Assembly: GCF_035084215.1 (NCBI RefSeq)
Contig: NC_090343.1
Coordinates: 12,648,001-12,712,000, forward strand
Origin: Heptranchias perlo
Taxonomy: Eukaryota
Direction of reading: 5' to 3'
DNA length: 64,000 nt
The position numbers were made by a program, and so were the translations under genes. Positions 58,221-64,000 of the stretch are shown here, piece by piece. The stretch's first letter is position 1. Each line of letters starts with the position of its first letter. The notes beneath the pieces are model-generated. The model saw only the letters and a program-made list of their open reading frames with translations. It did not search any database and had not been told where the DNA came from.

Positions 58221-59903
58221 ATCAGCAACTGTGAAACAAAACTGAAGAGGTAAGGACCCAGCTCAAATACTATCCCTCTTTAGAAGAGGTCACTGATTAG
58301 AAGAATCTTTCTTATCCAGTAACAAATTAACAAGTGTGAAAAAAAATCATTCCAAAAACACACACCATTAGCTCTATATGTCAGACCATGCAAGTACCAG
58401 AACAATGGGATATCTAATGTACCAATATGATTAATTTTAATCAAAAACTAAGCATGCCAAGCTTAATCATGGCCACAAAATGACTAGGGCTTGTGTATTC
58501 ACATTGTGCCACCTCTGCAGAGGCATTAAGTGCGTCATTTTCCATTTGTCCTGCACGTGACCCTTATTTCCTTTCAATTTTGAAAGAAATAGTTGGTTGA
58601 CATTAAAGATGACACAATTACTTTGTCCCAGTTCTTACCCAATTTGCATAAACAACTCTGACAGATGATAGCCTGAAATGCACATTTCATATATTTAATT
58701 TAATCCTGAAACTAACCACACCTCACTGAGGAGTGTGTGAGAGAATGCATACATACAAAGAATGCAAAAGTGCAGACAGATCTCAGCCTGTGTTAGTTGC
58801 ATTGGGATTCCAGAATGAATGGAATAAACTATTGCTATTCCTAGCTCATGTGGGATGTACAATCTCCAAGTTCTAAAGCAACAGCAGACACTCTGCTTTG
58901 AGGATACGTTTACACTACAGCTACAGCGAAACTGCTCTGCACCAAAGCTTCACACTGACATTGCAGTTAGAGTGTAAATGTGGCCTGAATTCAGGGTTAG
59001 GGTCCAAAGGATGCAGTGAAGCTCTCTGGAGGAAAGATCTCATTCTGCTTTCCTTCAGATATCAGTTCTGGCCTTAACATCCAATTTAAACTGCACAAGT
59101 TTAGCGTTGGTGTAATGCCAAAATCACTTCACACCAACAATAAACTTAGTGCTGATGTTCCCTTAGAAAATACTCAATAAGGAGCCAACGAAGATAACCA
59201 AAGCAAAACAGTAAGTGCTAAAAAGTTATAATAATTCTCAATGTTCCAAGGTTGCCAACAGTCACAATTCACAAGTTTAAATGCTTGCAATTCACGTGGG
59301 GAAAATTGAATGTAATTTTCCATGTTTGAACTTCCTGCATAAGTCATGAAATCTAAAACAAATTCCACAACACAGAGGATTGGGTAGGGGGGGGGGAGGC
59401 ATGCTTGTGAACCACAAGTGTTGGCATTGTTTGGTATAAATCAAAACCATGCATGAGGATGGGCTATGCCATACCAAGACATACCCTCCCCAAAATGAAT
59501 AGATATTTTGCCGGGCTGGCAGTCTTCTACAAGATTCTGGCTGGGGTGGCACAAGAGTTGCTGTCACTAACGCCAGACTTCTATGGTTCTGCAGGAACAC
59601 AAGAGTTGCTGCAGTTCCTCCTCAATATTCTGCATCAATCCAAAAAGTCTGCATAGAATACCATCAGCAAAGCTTTATAAACACTTCTCCTGAAGCTATC
59701 TTCCTGACAGTGTCAGCATCTAGACACCTGTTTCTTACACACAGAAATTCAAGGGAATAAGTACCCATAACGTTCAGAAACAGGATTGCTGGAGTAGCAT
59801 TTGACTTTAAGAAACCTGTGTTTGTGCACTGGCACAGAGTCTATCGTTATTTCCAGCAACCAATGTCAGTTTAACGAGTCATCTCGATGCGGTCTCCAGC
59901 AGC

Positions 59904-59906
<3 letters not shown>

Positions 59907-59950
<44 letters not shown>
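59907..59950. repeat. (TG)n microsatellite
   Basis: Read directly. Confidence 0.95.
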
Positions 59951-59951
<1 letters not shown>

Positions 59952-60569
59952 TATTGAGAACAAGACAAGTACAGCATTAACCAGATTTGCATAAGAGAGT
60001 AGTTAAAGAGTAATTTTTCTTATTTGCTGGAAACAGTAATTCTCCCCCCATTTTGCTACTTAGTTGTTTGGGAGGGAACCCTATGATGGTTAAGAGGAAC
60101 TTCCTGTAAACAAGGGGAGGAAGTTGAAGTGCTTTTTTCATGCAGTCCTGGCAGATTCGCTCAACTAAACCAACTGAAACCAAATCAAAAGAACATTCAA
60201 ATCTCACATTCACACCAGTTGAAAAATCTTTTATCAAGCATGTTTAGTTAGATACATTCCCGAATCTGATTTTCTGGTTCATAACTAATATATAAACCAT
60301 TCTAAAAAAATGTTTGTACAGCACAGGAAAATGTTTAGTACAGTAACTTTCATTGTCAGTAACACACAAACTGGGTTTATCCTGTGCGCGTGTGACAATG
60401 GGATATTCAAAAATTAGACCCAACCAAACATAGACCCATTAACTTTTTATAAATGCTGGGTAAAATAATGGAAACTATATGACACCGTAGGTTGGAAGCA
60501 TACCTGTGTAGCAATAGCTTAATAAGTAACCAGGGTACTTGTATAATAATAGCTTAATAAGTAACAACA

Positions 60570-61960
60570 TGGAGTTAGTTCATGCTCGACAAACCTCCTC
60601 AGCTTCTTTGAGAATGTTACAAGTAACAGAGTTGCTATGATGTAGTATATTTCAGCTTCCAGAAAACCTTCAATAAAGTCCCACATCAAAAACTACACAG
60701 GCATGTAAACTAGAATTATACGGATAAGAAATCTGATGGATAAAATAGGAAAGCATATACTGAGAGGCAAACCGCCAGGCTGGGGGGAGATGTGATAACA
60801 TGGAGTATTAGAGGTCAGTGCTTGGACCTTTGATGTTTCTTATTTACATAAAATGACCTGGATGCAGCAACCAAGTCTAAGCGAGTTGCTTTTGCAAACA
60901 GTACTAAAATGGGGAGTGCAGTAAGAACTATGAATGCAGTTAAGATTTTGTAGAAGGATTTAAATCTGTTTTGTAACTATACCAATAAATGGGAAATTAA
61001 ATTTAAGACTGACAAATGTGAAGTATTACATGTTGGAAGAATGAGCAGCAAAGGTATACAATGAAGGGAGTAGAATTAACAAAAGGAGACTTTGAATTGG
61101 ACCTGGGAGCAATAATAGATTTCTCACTTTCAATGTAAAGACAATGGAACGCTTCTCCAGGCTCCACAAGAATCATGTGGGGCGCTGCTGCCCTGCATTA
61201 CCACCGCCCCCCCGATCATCGGTTTGGGAAATGCAGGTCGCTGGTAATGTGTTAGGGCCCAGGGCCTTGAAATAGCTTAGGCCTCCCGGAGGGATCAGGG
61301 TGGGCAGCCGGCTCGCGCGCCCCCTCCGACTCGACCGCCGAAAATTGCAATCTCCTCCGGTGTGGAGAGGCAATGAAAAAAGAAAATAGAATGCTGGGAC
61401 AAATAACCAGAGCAGTGGAGTAGAAGAATACAGAAGTTATACTGAAACTTCATATTGCATCTCCATCAGAGCACTCTTGGAATGCTGTGTGGAATTCTAG
61501 TTGCCACACTTCAAAAGGGGCATAAATGCATTCAAAAAAGCGTGCAAAGAGCAATAACAATGATCACAAGTGCAAAAGAATGGACGATGAGGAAAGATTA
61601 GGAAAGCTTAAGCTCTACCATCTGAAGAGAAGGTTAAGGGATGACATTATGGAGGCATTTATTGCTTCAAAAAGCTTAGATAAGGTGAACCCAAAATACT
61701 GTTTTGTCATTCAGGTCAGTAAAAGAAGAAAACAAATTTAAATTATTGAAAAATAAATTTGAAACAAATCTAAAATAAGATTGCTCGAGAGGATGATAAA
61801 TGTTTGGAGCAATCTTCCAGCTAAGCTAACGGAATCAAAAGGTACTGAAGGAGTTCAAGAGCTAGCTGGATGCTGGTTGGATAAGTTGAAATATGAGAGG
61901 AAGAAGCTGGATGGGTTAAATGACCTTCTCACATCCTTGACTTTTTCTTAAGTTCTTAGA
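60570..61960 (+). mobile_element. Old, degraded CR1 interrupted by a GC-rich insertion (about 61150-61373)
   Basis: Decayed RT motifs (cttccagaaaaccttcaataaagtccc, aaatgtgaagtattacatgttgg, RLRDDIMEAF). Confidence 0.7.
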
Positions 61961-62329
61961 ACGCCCCATATAAGTCTCAAAATCACAGATCAGTTCTGAT
62001 CATACCCAAAATATACATAGTATGGAGTGACTAGCAGTTCTCTTTCAAACCAGCAGATTCCAGAATATAGAGGTGTCAAGGTCATGTAAAGAAATGCCTC
62101 CTCCACCCCATTTTCAGATTCCATGCAAGGAATTATACTTTGCTCTTCAGATTGAGTCTCCATACATAGAGATGGTAGGCTTCTAAAATCACATTCAACA
62201 GGAGAATTGACAAATAACCATAAAAATTTCAGTCACAAAAGCTTGGACAACAGAAGTATATGATATGTTTTTACACACAAGTTGATGTTACCCAGCTCTA
62301 CCTTTCGACTACCTCCATACTGTCAGACT

Positions 62330-62990
62330 GCTCGTACAACAGCAAGTCCTGGATGAGTCACAACTTCAGTTCAGCCCCAAGACAAACTCTGCTTCCTAGT
62401 CACTGATTCCACCACCCTCCCTGACCATATTCTGAGGCTGGATCAGACCATTCCGATGAAAGGTCCGCACCTGAAATGTCAATTTCTCTCATTCTCTGCA
62501 CAGATTCTGCCTGATCTGCTAAGCTTTTCCAGCACTTTTTGTTTGTTTCAGATTTCCATCAGCAGCTTTTTCTTTATGAAAGTTGTAATCTTAATGTTCA
62601 ACCCTGAGCTACTCCACATCCTATGCATCACCAAGACCACCTATTTCCACATCTGGAACGCTACCTACCAGCGCTCCTGCCTGAGGCCCTCCACCGCTGA
62701 AAACCTTGTACATGCCTTTGTCACCTCGGATCTGACTACCCCATGTTCTCTGTACTTGCCTCCAGTCGTCCAGAAACCTCAAAACTCTCCTGCACATAAT
62801 TCTGTTCTACAACAAATCTCACCTATCACTTCCATGCTCGCTGACCTACAATGGTTTCCTGTCCTCCAATGCATTAATTTCAAAATGCTTCCTCTATAAA
62901 CCCCTCCTAGGCTGTACCCTAGCCTATATCTGCAATCTCTTCCAGCCATATATGTGCTCCCAAACACCCAGTTTTACCTGGATCTATACG
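62330..62990 (+). mobile_element. L2-clade LINE fragment interrupted by a PLE-derived piece
   Basis: TAENLVHAFVTSDL and LQWFPV..INFK are L2 RT C-terminal motifs. Confidence 0.7.
62445..62575 (+). mobile_element. Second Penelope-like family 3' end with decayed hammerhead
   Basis: ccgatgaaaggtccgcacctgaaatgtc followed by ctgcctgatctgct...ccagcac tail shared with 1141-1225. Confidence 0.6.
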
Positions 62991-62994
62991 TCTG

Positions 62995-63459
62995 GTAGAT
63001 CTGATACCAGGACTGAGGGATTATACCTATCAGGAAAGATTGAACAGGCCAGAGCTCTTTTCTCTGAAAAAGAGACTGAGGGGTGACCTAACAGAGGTCT
63101 TTAAGATTATGAAAGAGTTTGATAGGGTACATGTGGAGAAGATGTATCCACTTGCAGGGGAGAACAGAACTAGGGGCCATAAATATGATAGTCATCAATA
63201 AATCGAAAAGGGAATTCAGGAGAAACTTCTTTACCCAGAGAGTGGTTGGAATGTGGAACACTCTACCACAAGGAGTAGTTGAGGCGACTAGTATAGATGC
63301 ATTCAAGGGGAAGCTAGATAAACACGAGGGAAAAAAGAATAGAAGGATATGTTGATGGAGTTAGAAGGGTGAGAGAAGGCTCGTGTGGAGCATAAACACC
63401 GGTGTGGACCTGTTGGGCCAAATGCCTGTTTCTGTGCCGTACGTTCTATTTAATTCTAT
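62995..63459 (+). mobile_element. CR1 3' fragment
   Basis: FRRNFFTQRVVGMWNTLP; ends ttctatttaattctat. Confidence 0.85.
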
Positions 63460-64000
63460 ACCTTACACTCGGCAATAGATAATGGATTTACAATATACCG
63501 GCTCACAGAATCAAAATTAAAAGAACAGTACAAAAGCAGCCAAAATCTTATTATTGTTATCTATATTTAATACACGGTCTACTTGATAATTAATGATTTC
63601 CTGTTTAGTAAGGCACTCAAAATACTCAGTCTTAATGCTTAAAGCACTGGTCTGTAGTTATGCTGATTGTACAGAATGCTATTAGTTCAGCAGGGAAATA
63701 GTTAACGTATGTTATAACATGGTGCAAACTACATGCAGTTGCTGCTTATTCAGTAGGCAAAGGGTTAACAGTGTTCAAATCACAGCCTTTCTTCAAGAAA
63801 CCTCCCTCCCCCTCCGGTTTAGCAAGCAGTCTAGGAAATGCAGCTGTTATTTCCAGACTCAGTTCATTTTTATTATTCTGTTTATCATGCTGCCTACTCC
63901 ATTTATGCTGTCATGAGCTCAACTCCCCAATGAACCTGGCAGTATAATTTTTAAAATGTACCAAGGCAGTGTTTGGTGCTCTAAATCACTGTGCAATGCA

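Noticed and set aside
60513-60565. 18-bp direct repeat aatagcttaataagtaac as TSD or regulatory site
   Set aside because: Only 17 nt apart with no element between; most simply a local duplication.
58229-64000. NCOA3 promoter or non-coding 5' exons
   Set aside because: No convincing CpG island or exon could be identified. The GC-rich 61150-61373 piece resembles the repeat at 24330-24375 and interrupts an old CR1.

Overview
Eukaryotic (vertebrate) genomic DNA. The repeat content (CR1 LINEs, Deu-domain SINEs, Penelope-like elements) points to a cartilaginous fish, which is an inference. The window holds the complete coding region of NCOA3 (SRC-3/AIB1, a p160 nuclear receptor coactivator) on the minus strand. 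I hand-spliced 20 coding exons from ATG 58209 to TGA 12249, all with GT-AG borders and consistent phases, totalling 4356 nt (1451 aa). A long putative 3'UTR runs to about 5.8-5.95 kb. Introns and flanks carry many CR1/L2/RTE fragments, one CR1 with an uninterrupted 951-codon EN-RT ORF2 and a duplicated 3' tail, SINEs and Harbinger-like MITEs. The most striking structure is a young Penelope-like insertion (39047-39998): a ~430-bp near-perfect inverted repeat with a target-site duplication and an intact minimal hammerhead ribozyme in each arm, one in the sense of the NCOA3 pre-mRNA. Comparisons with human genes and named repeat families come from recalled knowledge, not from a database search.
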